Positions 49,490-63,292 of a DNA stretch of 64,000 nucleotides are shown here, piece by piece (the stretch's first letter is position 1; every line of letters starts with the position of its first letter). A program made the translations under genes and the position numbers. This DNA comes from Eledone cirrhosa (taxonomy: Eukaryota). The notes beneath the pieces are model-generated. The model saw nothing but the letters and a program-made list of their open reading frames with translations. It was not told the origin of the DNA and ran no database searches. The DNA lies in assembly GCA_964016885.1 (NCBI GenBank), contig OZ024741.1, positions 329,654,001-329,718,000 on the forward strand, read 5' to 3'.

Positions 49490-51210
49490 GTGCATAGATT
49501 GAATGAATTTTTTCTGGTGTAGTCACTCATCTTCTTCTTAAGGTTCAACATCCTAAGCTTACACACTTCACCTGTCTATTCCTCTTCCCAGGCCGTCCTC
49601 TTCCACAGGTTCTACCTGGATTAGCATTTCCTTACCTAATATATGCATCATATATCTGGACTATCATAGTTCTTTCTAACACTATATTTCATCCCTCTTA
49701 TAGCCAATTCTACTTTGTGTCCATTGTCTAAAGCAGTGTTTCTCAATATTTTTACCCTTCTAGAAACCTAGAAACAATTTTCATGTCTCAGAGAACCCCT
49801 GCATAAAAATTATTAACAAGTAATGACCTATTTTAAACAACATAAGAGGTTGAAGCCTTTTTTTATAATAACCAAGGATTTTCCAACAATGTGCCATACA
49901 TGTATAGTAAAATTACAAATATAAAATTTAAAAAAATTACTCAACAATACATTAACTAATTTATCACTGTTTCTCGTAGAACCCCAAGAGATTGCTAGTG
50001 GTTCCGGGGAACACTGGTTGAGAAATGCTAGTCTAAGGATACATTCATTCAGGGGAGCATACTTGTTCCATTCAATATCCTATCCATGTTTCACTACCAT
50101 GTAACATTGCACTTCATACACAAGCATGATACAATACTGCACTCCATACACACGCACCATGCAACATTGCACTTGCATCATACAATATACCCTTCACTCA
50201 AATTGTTAACAGTTCCCTCAACTTTTTCTACTCCATTCCTAATCTGTTAATTAGCTCAACAAGGTAAAAGATACTACTGACTTATTCTATGGAATTTTCT
50301 GAACATTTGAGTTTTTTTCACTGGTGCATTTTACTACTAACTACCTCTGTGCATCTATTACATATGTCTTCTCACTCTTTCTTGCAATCTCATTAGACCT
50401 TTTGAGCAACCACAGTTTACACTGCTCTGAGAATATTAAGGACTGATCAGGTTGCAACACCATGATCCTTCTATTGCTTGAGGGTTAGAGATCAGTGGCG
50501 ACAGCCGACTACAAAAACACCTAGAGTGGCACCCCAATGACTGACAGCACCAGCTGGAATTCCTACCTACCAGATGACAGTAAAAATCTGTCTTCTTTCT
50601 TGCCAAATAAAACATTTGTCTTTGCTAAATTTACTTTGAGGCCTTTAAATTCTAGGTTTGTTTCCAAGTTTAGAATTTCTTCTCTCCATCTTTGGTGGAT
50701 TCTGCCATTAGAACTAAGTAATTGACATACAGGAGTTCCCACAAACATCTGGTTTGAAACACTAGTTATGATCTCCAATCCAATCCAATCCAGGGCCTTC
50801 TCACTCCTGTTGGAGGAACCCCTTCCTGGTTGACCTCCACCACTTTCTGTTTAGTTTCGGTCATGTCAGGAGTTTAGCCATACACCCCATGCTTAGCCAA
50901 TTATGAGTTGGTGTGGATAGCTGTTAGCTCTGAGGAGTTCATCCATCCTTTTTTTTTACAGCTGTTTTTTGTGCTGCTAGGGTTCCACTTACCCACTACA
51001 CCAGATGAAACAACTCATTTGGTTATATGCTATCAGTAGCAGGCAGAAAACTGACCTGACATAGGGAACTATAAACAAAAGAGGCCTGGGGACCAAGCTC
51101 TGGAGGACACCTACCTGCATATTAAATTACTTGCTGAACCCAATGCCAATTCTCACCTTATTGACAGTATCTTTGTACATGACTTGCACAGCTCTTAAAA
51201 GCCAAATAAC
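49490..51210 (-). mobile_element. Highly decayed RTE LINE interrupted by insertions
   Basis: Minus translation LETNLEFKGLKVNLAKTNVL and AVQVMYKDTVNKVRIG; GRGRPGK-like end near 49590-49610. Confidence 0.7.
49734..50030. mobile_element. hAT (Charlie-like) MITE
   Basis: TIRs CAGTGTTTCTCAA / TTGAGAAATGCTA; 8-bp TSD GTCTAAAG (49726-49733) / GTCTAAGG (50031-50038). Confidence 0.82.
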
Positions 51211-51261
51211 CATACTTCAGAGCAAAGGAAATGCACTAGATGGAAATCACTTTCTAAAGTC

Positions 51262-51500
51262 TGTCTCAAGTCCAGAGGCTCATCAGGCCAGTGCTTATCC
51301 CAGTTTCCATAGTGGACACTAGTCTATCACAGCATTAAACCCCCAGCTATTGCTGGTACTCATTTTCAGCTGAGTATGCTGGAGCAACATGAAATGAAGT
51401 GTTTTGTTCAAGAACACAACACACAATCCAGTCCAGGATCAAACCCATGATGTTATGATCATAAGTCCAATACACTTACTACTTGACCACGTGCCTTCAC
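51262..51500 (-). mobile_element. Diverged tRNA SINE (head related to family 2)
   Basis: CAGCTGAGT...CTGGAGCAACATGAAATGAAGTGTTTTGTTCAAGAACACAAC...CCACGTGCCTTCAC. Confidence 0.7.
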
Positions 51501-53075
51501 TTTAGAGGCATCAAATTGATTAAGGTTATGAGAGTCAGAGAAAGAGTTATAGCATATGATTCCTAACACAATCAGTGTAGATGAGATGCAGTTTGACTCT
51601 GCCAGGAAGAGGTGCTACCATTGCCATCTTCCTAGTGCAACAACTGCAAGAGAAGTACTTCTCTAGAAATAAACCTCTTTACTTAGTATTCAGCAACATG
51701 GAGAAGGCCTTTGACATGCTTCCATACTTTGTCATCTGATGGTTGTTAAAGAAACTAGGGTAAACAGATGGCTTTTGAGGTCTATACAAGCTATGTACAG
51801 AGGTGCATTCAGCAATGAATTTAGCAGGCAGGTAGGAGTCCACCAAGGCTCAGTTCCCCACCCCTCCAATTTATTATAGTCCTCCAGGCCATCACAGAGG
51901 GCTTTAAGATGGCCAAGTTCCTATAGCTGAATCTGTGAAAGATTGGAAAATTTAGAAAAAGAATTCAGGACATGAATGCAAAACTTAAGACTCAAGCAAA
52001 GACTAAAGATTTAATAAGAAAGAAGATATAATCACTATATTGTCATGCTCAATATGCAGAAATTGAGTACGTAGAAATTCCATAGTATATGTTGGGGAAT
52101 CACAAGCAGGCCATCAGGCTTTGTATGTGGTAAATGCACAGGAGGAATTAGTACTAAGAGTAAACATGGAATAAATTCTTTCAAATGTGCTAAAGGCAAC
52201 ATAAAAGTAGTTGATAGTTTTTATTACCTTGATGACTTAATCAGCAATGGAGATGGGGTTGTCCTTCAATTGTGCCAAAGGGAACATAAATGTAATTAAT
52301 AATTTTTATTACCTAGATGGCCTAATCAGTAATTGAGATGGTCATTCTAAAACCTCAGTAGCTAGAGATAAATGTAGTGGGGAAACATTCTGCTGGCAAC
52401 AATGGGATTCTATCTCAAAATCAAAGAGCAGAGTATATGATGCCAGTGTACAAAATGCAATACTCTGCTAGATGTGTAATGTTAGTGTGCATGAATAACG
52501 AGCACAACTCAGCTGAGAGAATAATTGGATATCATCAGTTGCTGGTAAAGGCATGTGATGTTAGTTGTAAGAAAGTTTTGAATGAACACTTGAAATGGAT
52601 GAAACCTGTAGAAATGGAGGAATAATAGGAACACAGTGGGACAAAGTGGTGGGGTCTGATCTGTAGATGGGGGTGGAGATTATAGGAAGACATGGGACAA
52701 AGTGAAGACACTGATCTGTGGAAGGGGGAGGTGATAGGAAGACAGTGGGACAAAATAGTGGGGTTTGATCTGTGGTTGGGGGAGACCATAGGAAGACAAT
52801 GGTACAAAGTGGTGGGGTCTGGTCAGTAAATGAGGGAGACCATAGGAAGACTGGTGCAATGTGGTGGGTCTGATCTGTGGATAGGGGGAGACCATAGGAA
52901 TACATGGGACAAAATGGTGGCATCTGATTTCAAGATGCTGGACCTCACATAGGACCAGAAAGAGGGAGAATGGCCCATGAAAGAAAGAGAGGGTGTGCTG
53001 AAGAAGATGCAAGAGAAAGCCTATCCAACAATCCAGACAAGACAAAATGGATATTAAATTGGTGGTAGTGGTGTA
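51501..53075 (+). mobile_element. Highly decayed RTE LINE
   Basis: VDEMQF, AIFLVQQLQEKYF, MEKAFD, QVGVHQGSV and VVDSFYYLDD remnants, C-terminal repeats and tail. Confidence 0.78.
52600..52930 (+). repeat. ~55-60-bp minisatellite derived from the RTE ORF end
   Basis: Five to six copies of TGTGG...GGGAGACCATAGGAAGACA(G)TGGGACAAAGTGGTGGGGTCTGATC, i.e. [14 protein letters not shown]. Confidence 0.85.
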
Positions 53076-55091
53076 GGTTAGGATGTGTTTAACTATATTT
53101 GGGCCTCTTGTCCATCATAGTCTTGTCTAAAGCCTATCTCTTCACTTCATTATTATATTTTCATTAGGATTTTTTTTCAGTTGTATATAAAAATAAGTGC
53201 TTCCTTCGCTACCCTTGTACTTTGTAGTCACCAAATATTCAAACCTCCATCCACAGAGGGACAGACGGCTATTTATAGCAAAGCTTCACAATAACCTGTC
53301 TCTTTCTACACTGGCTAAAGAAATGTAAAGTCAAAGAAAATCTGGATGTCCAGTTTAAATATATCATCATCATCGTTTTCACCACTTTCGTTTTCACCAT
53401 CGTTTTCACCACTTTCCCTGCTAGTAAGGGTTGGACGGGTCTACATAGACCAAGTCAGTACTGAAGCGGGGTTACTCATCTCCTAGACAGGCCAGAGATC
53501 TGTGTCTAACATATGTACGGCTTCACGTTTTATCGAGTGTACCGGAAGAGGAGAGGTTGTTATGCCTTTGACACAACTAAGGCCCCTCCCAACCCTTTGT
53601 TTGGCAAGCCCACCACGGCTGGATGCCCATCCCATCACCAACCACTTCACAGCGTGTACTGGGTGCGTTTATCGTGTAGATCATCAACACTAGAGGGGTT
53701 ACCATACTGTGGTACGAATATACACATATATACACGTACATATATACACAAATATAAACACACACATATACGTGTGTGCGTGCGCGCGCGCACATACAAG
53801 CACGCTTACGCGATGTCTCTAAAATTGAAATCGAAATAGATACCAAGAAATCGAAGTCGCAATATAAAAAAGTATTTCATTGTAAATCTACAGATCGATG
53901 ATGATGGCATGGGTGGTGGTGGAGGTAGGTGGTTGGAAACATTTAACTAATTAACGAACAAGTTTACAGCCTAGTTTTTAAAATCAATTTATTTTGCCAA
54001 GACAACAAAGCGTTTTGATTCGTACAGGCAGACTGACAGGCGATAGGAAGTAGTAATCGATCAATTTATTTTATATTCACAGATATTATATAGCTAACAG
54101 TTATTCTACCCCATCACACACAGAACACCCGGCTAAACAAACAGCCAAATGTTGTTAGCTGAAAGACGGTCTAAGCTGAATTAAAAATCATAAACACTAA
54201 GTTGGATATATTTTATATCGAGATTAATATTACAGCGAACAATTCTGTATATGTGTGTTTGTGTAGGGCTTCCATCGATTGCAACTACGAGTGTTCCAAC
54301 CTGCTCGTAAAATTAACGTGTAAGTGGCTGAACATTCCAGACACGCGTGCGTACTCTCAATGTAATTGTGAAGGAGATACAGTGTGATACAAGTATCTGA
54401 GTGTGTATGCATGTATAAGACTGGAAGACTTCAGGATCACAAGTACAAACTCCCTTTCGTCAGCCGAATGAAACTCCCTTTCGTGACCAGCATGAAATAA
54501 AGTGCCCTCCCTGCTCTCAAAGACACAATTCGTCGCCGACCTTACACCATCATCGGCTTGCACACTCTAACGACTAAACCATCTAACCGCCTTCACCAAG
54601 TTAAATATTTTATCCAATACAACATCCGATTAAACAAATAGACAAAGATGACTTAGAACTCACCAACTTTACGCTCAATAATATGACACACGTATAAAAA
54701 CATCTCTCTACATGTTATGTATGTAGATATACAATATAAAACTGACTGCAATGGATAGTAAATAAAGCTCTTTTGTTTTGTTGTTTGGGGTTATTGACTG
54801 ACTGATTAGCAGGTTTTCGTGGAGACATGTAAAAAAAAATATTAAGGCAATGTTTACATATGTACATATTACGCAAACATATGCATATATTTATTGAAAA
54901 TATAGCATATGAGGTTCATACACACATATATGTATGTATATATATATATATACAAACATACATACACGCATAATATTTATTATTAATCGTCATAGTCACT
55001 ATTCTACAAATAATTCATTTCACTCTACAAACTCTACGCTTGCCGTTCAGTTCACGTTTAATGTATTAATGCACAAACCAACATAAAACAA

Positions 55092-55153
<62 letters not shown>

Positions 55154-55562
55154 TTATGTATGGATGAGTATTATGATGTATATATGTGTGTGAATATTAA
55201 CAATTGCAAGGTTGTGTCTTTAAAAAAAAGTTTGTAAACGAACTAAAAATATGTGAAAAGATTTATAAAATAAATAAGAGCCCTCACAAAAGTTTAGGGG
55301 TCTCTAAGCATTATATATATGTGTGTGTAGTATGCGAGTGTGAGCTTGTGTGTAGTACAAATAGTGTATGTGTGAACATGTGTATGTCTGTAAATAGCTT
55401 GTACTATTGGGTTTGCTTTCTTTCGATTTTTTTATTCCCCACCACCAACATCCTAACAAATCGTATTTCCTTCTGTCATTCTCACTTTAAGAATATATAG
55501 ACATTATACCTTTTTTCCTTTTATATATATATATATATATATATATAAAAGGAAAAAAAATG

Positions 55563-55604
<42 letters not shown>

Positions 55605-55884
55605 CAGTTATAACACTGGTATACGCAGATATTTAAGTTTCGTTGGACGAAGTCATTCAGTCTGCCATATATATATATACACACACACGGATGTGTATAT
55701 TTATCTCTAAATCCGTACATTTGGGTTTACAAACAAGAGGAAAAAGTGCTCAAAACCAACGTCGAGAATACTGTGTGTGTGTGTGTGTGTATAAAGTATA
55801 AACAGAAATAAGAATAACAAAACAACGACACAGTATATTGGTCAACGAAACAATCTACTCGTGAAATTAACGTACAAATGACAG

Positions 55885-56236
55885 GTACTATCGGGTCACA
55901 AAAATGGGGAGGGGGGCAGTAATTTTTCTAGGTTGTCTCCGTTGGTTAAAAAAAAATAAAAAAATTAGTCATTTAATTTACATATTCGGACCCCCAACCC
56001 ATCCTATTTATTTTATAACGTATAAGATTTCTAGTAATGTACTTTTTTTTGTCATGTATATTTTTTAATGTCTAAAGAAAATTAAATGTCACAGGAATGC
56101 TACCATTTAAATAAAATTTCGCCGGAGATAAATTAGCAAAATTTAATAAGAGGGTGAGGATAAGAGCAGGGGTGCTGGAAAAAATCCGAAAAATTAATAA
56201 GTGTCGGGGGCGACGATTACTCGAGACCTGAGAATA
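55885..56236. mobile_element. Putative TA-flanked MITE inserted in a minus-strand SINE (~55840-56378)
   Basis: Imperfect termini TACTATCGGGTC / GACCTGAGAATA; the SINE resumes with GACTGGAGCAA...GGGACTCGAACTCACGACC; a similar right end (GACCCAAGAGTA) lies at ~172-183. Confidence 0.45.
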
Positions 56237-56716
56237 CAAGTCTTTTGTTTTGGCAGCTGCGTCGACTGGAGCAAATTGATGTGTGTTGTTCAAGGACTCA
56301 GCTGGATACCGGGACTCGAACTCACGACCTTACGATTCTAAGTCAAACACTCTTAAATACTTAAACCACGCGTCTCCACACACACACACACGTGTGCATG
56401 CAAAAAGTAAACCAAAATATCAAAGCAAATTACACAGTACAATGAAGAAGTATATTAGTATAACGCTTGATATAGTAGGAAAAGAGTATTTACGTTTTGG
56501 ATATTATATATAAAAATGAAAAACGAACCTTAAGCTGATCAATAGCAAAACGCGCGTCACACCTGTATAAACTTAACGATGATACTCCGACATCTAGTAT
56601 TGCTTATGAGGGAAACCGACCATAGTTTAATACCAAATGTGTAACATTACATACTAGACTTAAACGAACCCACCTAGCTCAAGTTGATAAACCAACAGTA
56701 ACATTACGTGTGTATA

Positions 56717-56998
56717 CATCATCATCAACGTTTAACGTCCGTGTTCCACGCTTGCATGGGTTTGGACGGGGGTTTTCCCACTTGAGGCAAGAGTGATTAT
56801 CTTGCTCGCATAGGACTATCTGGCGGGTTTTCTACAGCTGGATGCCCTTCCTAACACCAACCACATTTACAGTGTGGGGCTGGGAGGTTTTTACCGTGTT
56901 GCCTACACGGCCACATTACAGCGTGAACTGTGTGTTTTTTTGACGTGACACCTACACGATCTCATTTGTTTCGGCCTGGATGTTGTGACACCAACATA
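56717..56998 (-). mobile_element. RTE family B 3' UTR copy
   Basis: Homologous to 23714-23997 with almost the same 5' boundary. Confidence 0.9.
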
Positions 56999-57011
56999 AC
57001 ATATATATATA

Positions 57012-57575
57012 TATAAGTATGTACACGTACATACATATATGTATACAGACGTACAGTAGTATGTATATATATATACATGCACACACATATATATATGTAC
57101 GTATGGATTCACCGAACATTTATTATAATGCTCGATGTGTTTGTAAACAAACATCCCGTATTAAGCCGTAGTGTCTAGCAACCATCGTTGCTCGTTTGCT
57201 CAACACTGACAAAGGAACGCTGTACTAGTTTCAAGCTTATTAGCTATCGTCAGCAACGTATACCTCCCTGCCAGATTGTTGAACGTTTGCATATCGAGTG
57301 GGTTAATTTGCATATCGAGCATTATAATAAATGTTCGGTGAATCCATATGTACATATATATATATGTGTGCATGTATGTATATATATATACATACTACTG
57401 TACGTCTGTATACATATATGTATGTACGTGTACATACTTATATTTAAGTAACAGCCGTACTAAGAGTGGGAAATGAAATTTCGTTTCATTTTTTCTGTTT
57501 ATCGTTTTCGGTGCACCCGGCCGATTAACCCACTCGATATGCAAATTGGGCTACTCAGCCGTTAATATGCATATT
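57012..57575. mobile_element. Rearranged (inverted) hammerhead-bearing element, same family as 45908
   Basis: ~125-bp inverted repeat at ~57012-57136 / ~57315-57443 around a minus-strand hammerhead, followed by the family's 5' segment on +. Confidence 0.72.
57217..57259 (-). ncRNA. Minimal type-I hammerhead ribozyme motif
   Basis: Reverse complement ACGTTG-CTGACGA-tAGCT(aata)AGCTt-GAAA-ctag-TA-CAGCGT. Confidence 0.8.
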
Positions 57576-58030
57576 GGAAAAAGTTACATCTATGGTGCAA
57601 ATTTGGTGCCGTTTGTTACATACATACGGCCGTCACCTTTATTAATATAGATACACACACACATATTCATACATATATGCTGAAAAAACTTTTTAGTAAC
57701 ATTGGAACAAATGAACATTAATTACAATAGCTAATTTTGTATATTACTGTATGAGTGAGTATAATACACACTTTGATTTATATTTTAGAGAGATTTCCTT
57801 GGTAGCAGAAGAATAAGGAATTACAAGAATATCGCTGAGACTCACAGAGATGACAAAGAAACACAGCGAATGGTGGAGAGATGCTGATCTGAAAAAAACC
57901 AGTCTAACACATGCAAGCATGGAAAAGCAGACATAAAAAACGATGATGGTGATGGAAATACATACCTCTACGATTCTAGACAGACTTAAATCATTTCCTG
58001 TCATCATACAGTGATAAAGATGAGATAAGA

Positions 58031-58404
58031 TACGTCCGTTCTTCCACGCTAGCATGGGTTAGGCGGGTTGTCCTGTTGTGGGCAGTGTCTGGTCAGCTGA
58101 CCTTGTCTTGCTCATACAGGAACTGATTCTGGCTTGATTTCTACAGCTGGATGCCCTTCTTAACACCAACCTCATTTACAGAGAGTGCTGGGTGCTTTTT
58201 TGCCGTGGCACCTTCACGACCACTTTGCAGTGGAATGATAAGGACCCTAGTCCTATCATCTCATTTCTACAGCTGAGTAAACTGGAGTAATGTGAAATAA
58301 AGTGTCTTGCTCAAGGAAACAACACATCACCCAGTCCGAGAATTGAACTCACAACCTTTTGATTGCAAGCCCAATGCTCTAACCACTAAGCCATGCACCT
58401 TCAC
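58031..58404 (-). mobile_element. Full-head SINE family 2 variant carrying the RTE family A terminus
   Basis: A box TGGCTTAGTGG, B box GTTCAATTC; 3' end AACCCATGCTAGCGTGGAAGAACGGACGTA as in RTE family A. Confidence 0.9.
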
Positions 58405-59491
58405 GAAAAGATTATTTACAAAGATTGTAAATAATTCCATAAAACCATCAACTTTATGATATTTTGCATCACAATCATTTATACTTGATGGTACATTTAC
58501 ATTTAGTTAGAAACTAAAACTTCACCCCCAAACAAGTGGAGAGTGACAATCTAGAAATTCATTGTGAAACCTTTCAACTTGACTTACTGAACTAAAGTAA
58601 ATAAGAAAATTATGTATTAAAAAAAACTGATGAAAAGAAAAAAATCTTGGAAAACTCAGCGTTCACTCTTAAGCACTCATTTTTGGGTAAAGAGAAAAAA
58701 AAACCTTGGAAAATTAAGATTTCATTCTTAAGAACTCATCTTTGTGTAGTGTTTGAAGGGACTTTCTTTTACAGCTTTTATGTAAAATGCATAAGCAACT
58801 TTATAAAAAAAAAAAACATTTATTCAAATCTGAAAGATTTCCTTCATTGAATAACCTGTTCATTGTGGATTTAGTTATAATCACAATAAAAACATCCCCC
58901 TACAGCTGAGGTGATTGTTATTTTTTACACAGTCATTGTATTTAAAATGGCATCTAATTTTCATTAATTTACCCAAGTTTCTTCAGAAAAGAATCTAATT
59001 TACTGACTAGCAGGGGAATGAAAAGGTTTTCTCATTGGGAAAACAAGTTAGAATTGGTGAAAGATGGCAGCAGAACAGCCTGATAAAAAAGCAAATAATA
59101 TTTGTAACATAGGGTTGGAACAGGCTGTTTTCAAACAAATAAACCTGGGAGACTTATTACAGAATATGGAAAATCACTACAGTGCATAAAAAAGAACCCT
59201 AGTAAATGTAGTTTCTAGACTTAACCACCTTATTGACAGATTCCTTAAAATGTATCTATATTCTGTATCACAAAAGCAACAAAACTCTTCTAACTGGCCT
59301 TCAGCTTTGAACTCTCATCAAAAATGTAAAATTGACCTAATAAAAGTCGGAACCATATGTATCCTTATATGTGGCTGAAACGAGATAACAAGGGCATCTT
59401 ATGAAAAAACAAGCACTGCTTATATTGTGAACTCTAAATATAAATAAATGATGTCTTCAGATGTTTATGCTGTAATTGTCTACTCCATAGC

Positions 59492-59610
59492 CAACACAGT
59501 TAACCCAAATTGTAATACAAGGAGACCCAAAAGTAACACAGTTAACCCAAATTGTAATGAAAGTAGAAGACCCCAAATCCAACACAGTCAACCTAAATTG
59601 TAATGTAAGA
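59492..59610. repeat. Three ~42-46-bp tandem repeats
   Basis: AACACAGTTAACCCAAATTGTAAT...AGACCC, three copies. Confidence 0.8.
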
Positions 59611-60065
59611 AGGAAGGAAATATAAATAGACTTCCGTCAAAAACAGCAAGTGTAGAGAAGACCAGACAAACATGTCTTGTCTCTTTTGAAGCCAGGTAAT
59701 AAAAGAAAAAAGGGTCGGGAATCGGGGATAAGTAGCTGAATATACATTAACGGAAGAGAGAAAGGAAAGAAGGGGGAGAGAATAAGAAAATAGGAGAGGA
59801 CTATATGCATTGTTTTCTGCACAAAAAATATGTATTATGAGTTATAATATTTTGATCATTTTCTGTGCTTAGGTGTAAAACAAGAAATTACATGCTAGCT
59901 GGTCATAGATAGAAGCTGTAGTTCAATCTGCCCCAAAAAAGAGATTTCTAGAATGTCATGGTCACTGTCTGATCTATTGTAAATGTTCTCTGCATCCAGT
60001 CAGAGATTATAACATATTTACAGAAACACAAAGCTGCATACACAGTTATGTCCATACATGCATAA

Positions 60066-60230
60066 GAAGGTGCAGACATGGCTGTGTGGTTAAGAAGTTC
60101 AATTTTCAACCACATGGTTTCAGATAACCTTCTGCATGGCAACTTGAGCAAGTGTCTTCTACTACAGCCTCAGGATGAGCAATGCCTTGTGAGTGAATTT
60201 TGGCAGACAGAAACTGTAGAAGTTCATCAT
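60066..60230 (+). mobile_element. SINE family 3 head
   Basis: TGGCTGTGTGGTTAAG A box, AACCACATGGTT, CTTGAGCAAGTGTCTTCTACTA, GCCTTGTGAGTG...GAAACTG. Confidence 0.7.
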
Positions 60231-60902
60231 ATATATATTTATATATATATATACAGGGGCCATCTGCCAATGTTTGCATTGATTGACGGACCACCTCTGT
60301 ATCATTTCTGTATATTTTTTTCCCATAACCCAGAAGTTGATTACTAAATCTGTTTTTTTTACACCTGATGACGTTGCCAGATGTCTTGCATCATGAAATA
60401 ATGACGTAAGCTGCTGACCATAGAAATATGTATTGTGTGCTTACAAAACATAGCAATATATTAAAATCTGGATTTCTTTTTTCTTTGAAATATATATACA
60501 TATATATGTATGTAAAAGGTAAACAGAAATAACAACACAATCGGTACAGTATATGGAAGGGATATTAGGTTAACGCTTGATATAGCAGGAAGGTGTGTGT
60601 GTTTATACACTTATTGTGTGTGTTTATACGCCACCAGCCTTTGTTTATACACTTATCTACACACACACATGTATGGATTAACCATGCACTTACAACAAAG
60701 AGCCATTACAACACATTATGCAGCAGATGCAATAAATTTCAAAAGAAAACGTTAGTTAATTACACCATAATTCTATACAGAATCTCATACAAAACAAGGT
60801 AAGTTAATTGCAGACGTTTTACAAATATCAAGATATAAAACAAAAATGTAGCATACATGAAACCTACTGCAAAAACTATCATGCTCAAATAGTTGACAAA
60901 TT

Positions 60903-61202
60903 CTAACCTTTTTATTACCAACCCAGCTCTGGTTCTATGAAACAATCCTACCCATTTTAAAGGTTTTCAATTTAAACTAAAATCTTCCAACATAATTTTA
61001 AATACCTTACTTAGAAAAAGAATAATTAATATTTCATTGGAAATACATTCACACAATAGTTAAATTAAAATCTTCCAGGATAATTTTATATAAGAACCAT
61101 ATTTTAAGTTACTATCTTAGTAATGAAATAATTAATAATTTTAGTAAATCCTTCAAAATCTTTCACTAATTAATTGAAATAATGCAGTCATGAAAGGGTT
61201 AA
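60903..61202. mobile_element. piggyBac-like MITE, diverged
   Basis: CTAACCTTTT...GAAAGGGTTAA ends; internal similarity to the 12152 copy. Confidence 0.55.
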
Positions 61203-61724
61203 ATCAAGCATCCCAGTGATTTTACTATGACACCCATGATCCTTTGCTACCACTGCAAAACACATGAACAATAGGTTACGAAACATTAGAAGACTTTTGG
61301 ATTTCAGTACTTTATTGTTCAAAACTAAACATAAAAGAACTAATAAGACAATATGGAAAATGTTTAATAAAAGAGATCAAATTTGAGCAGTTGTGTCTTT
61401 AATATAACATGCTTAAAAGAACAGCTGCTCCCCACTCATATATATATGGGGGCCACAGCTGATTGGCTGGAACAGGTAAATTGGTATATATATATATATA
61501 TATATAATCTCACACACATATATATGTATGTATATATACCATTATCAGCATTTAACATCATATTTTGCATGGGTCAGACGAGTCAACCATGTTGAGACAA
61601 GTCTGGCCAGTTGGCTGCAGCGTACCTTGCTCAAACAGAACTGTATTTTGGCTGTTTATTTTACAGCTGGATGCCTTTCCTAACATCAATCATGTTTAGT
61701 TATATATATGTGTCTGTGTGTGTG

Positions 61725-62349
61725 TGTAGTGGGATAACAGGAAAGGAATACATTGTTTGTAAAAGACCCACAGGGGTAATTGAGGAAGAGCATCAGTGAT
61801 ATAAACCTTTTCCAATTACAGGAAGGATCCATAGAAGCGGTTGATAGCTTCTGCTATCTAGGTCAGTTAATTAGCAGCAGAGGAGGGTACTCTGAGAGTA
61901 TAATAACTAGAATAAGGATAGGATGGAAGATGTTAACAGAGTTACTTCCAATGTTGACAACAAAAGGTTTCTTCCCACGTCAAAAGGATAACCTTATGAC
62001 GCCTGTGTGCAAAGTATGATGCTGCATGGCAGTGAAACATGGGCAGTGACTGCAAAGGACATGTGTAGATTAGAGCAACCATGCTTCAATGAATATGCAA
62101 TATAAATGTGAGATAAAGGCAGAGCTTGCATGGACTGAGTGACAAGGTACCAGGAGATCCCAGTGGAAAAAAGCCGCAGTAGTAGACAAAGGAACACCTG
62201 GGCAGAGGTAGTGAGTGGTAATCTCAAATCGCTGAGACTCACTGAGGAGATGACAAAAGAACGTGGTGAATGGAGAGATGGTGTGCTGAAAAGAACCCTT
62301 TCAACTCATGCAAGCGAGGAAAAACGGACGTATAAACAATGATGATGAT
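61725..62349 (+). mobile_element. Decayed RTE 3' fragment
   Basis: IEAVDSFCYLG...RIRIGWK, MLHGSETWAV, TWAEVV; tail GGACGTATAAACAA(TGA)n. Confidence 0.85.
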
Positions 62350-62367
62350 TATATATATATATATATA

Positions 62368-62706
62368 ATCATCATCATCATCATTTTACGTCCGCTGTTC
62401 CCTGCTTGCAAGGGTGGGACAGGAACTGATTCTGGCTTGATTTCTACAGCTGGATGCCCTTCCTAACACCAACCTCATTTACAGTGAGTGCTGGGTGTTT
62501 TTTTTCCGTGGCGCCTACACGCCCACTTTGCAGTGGAATGATATGGACCCCAGTCCCTATCATCTCATTTCTACAGCTGAGTAAACTGGAGCAATATGAA
62601 ATAAAGTGTTTTGTTCAAGGAAACAACACATCACCCAGTCTGAGAATTGAACTCCCAACCTTTCGATTGAAAGGCCAATGCTCTAACCACTAAGCCATGT
62701 GCTTCC
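62368..62706 (-). mobile_element. SINE family 2, nearly full length
   Basis: Homologous to the 17583 and 1567 copies and includes the A box TGGCTTAGTGG. Confidence 0.9.
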
Positions 62707-63173
62707 ATATATAGATATATATATATAATTAGTTCCGTATGAGCAACACACAGTCTCCCGACCAATCCAGCATCAAATGGAACAAAACCGTCTAACCCAT
62801 GCTAGCGTGGAAGATGGATGTTAAACAATGATGATGTTGATGATGATATAAACAACAGAAAAACTTGACTTTAAAGGAATTGGATGTAGTGAGCAAGAGA
62901 GAAGACTGTGTTGGTATGGCTACGTTTATATTTACCTAAAAACCTTCCACCTTGTTGATCCTATTATGACTATATTTCTGATGGAATACTCTCTATCAAT
63001 TATTTCATTGAACTAAGATTGTAACAAACTTAAACATTATATTTCACATATAAAATTATGCTGGGAGATTTTCATTTAAAGTGGGTGGTTTTGTTTCCTA
63101 GAAGCAGAGATGGTTTTAGCCTATGTTGGTACCAAAAGGTTTAATACCATTGCCTCACCATAGGAGGATTTAA

Positions 63174-63292
63174 GTGAAAGCACATGGCTTAGTGTTTAGA
63201 GAGTTGGATTTGCAATCATGAGGTTGTGAATTTGATTCCCAGACTGGGCGATGCGCTATGTCCTTGAACAAAACACTTTATTTCATGCTGCT
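63174..63292 (+). mobile_element. Diverged SINE family 2 head
   Basis: GTGAAAGCACATGGCTTAGTG...TTGCAATC...GTCCTTGAACAAAACACTTTATTTCA. Confidence 0.7.

Noticed and set aside
58990-59340. Faint resemblance to a transposase C-terminus
   Set aside because: Contains stops and no diagnostic motif.
60361-60415. CTGATGA...GAAA hammerhead-like motif
   Set aside because: No convincing stem I or III; at most a decayed relic.
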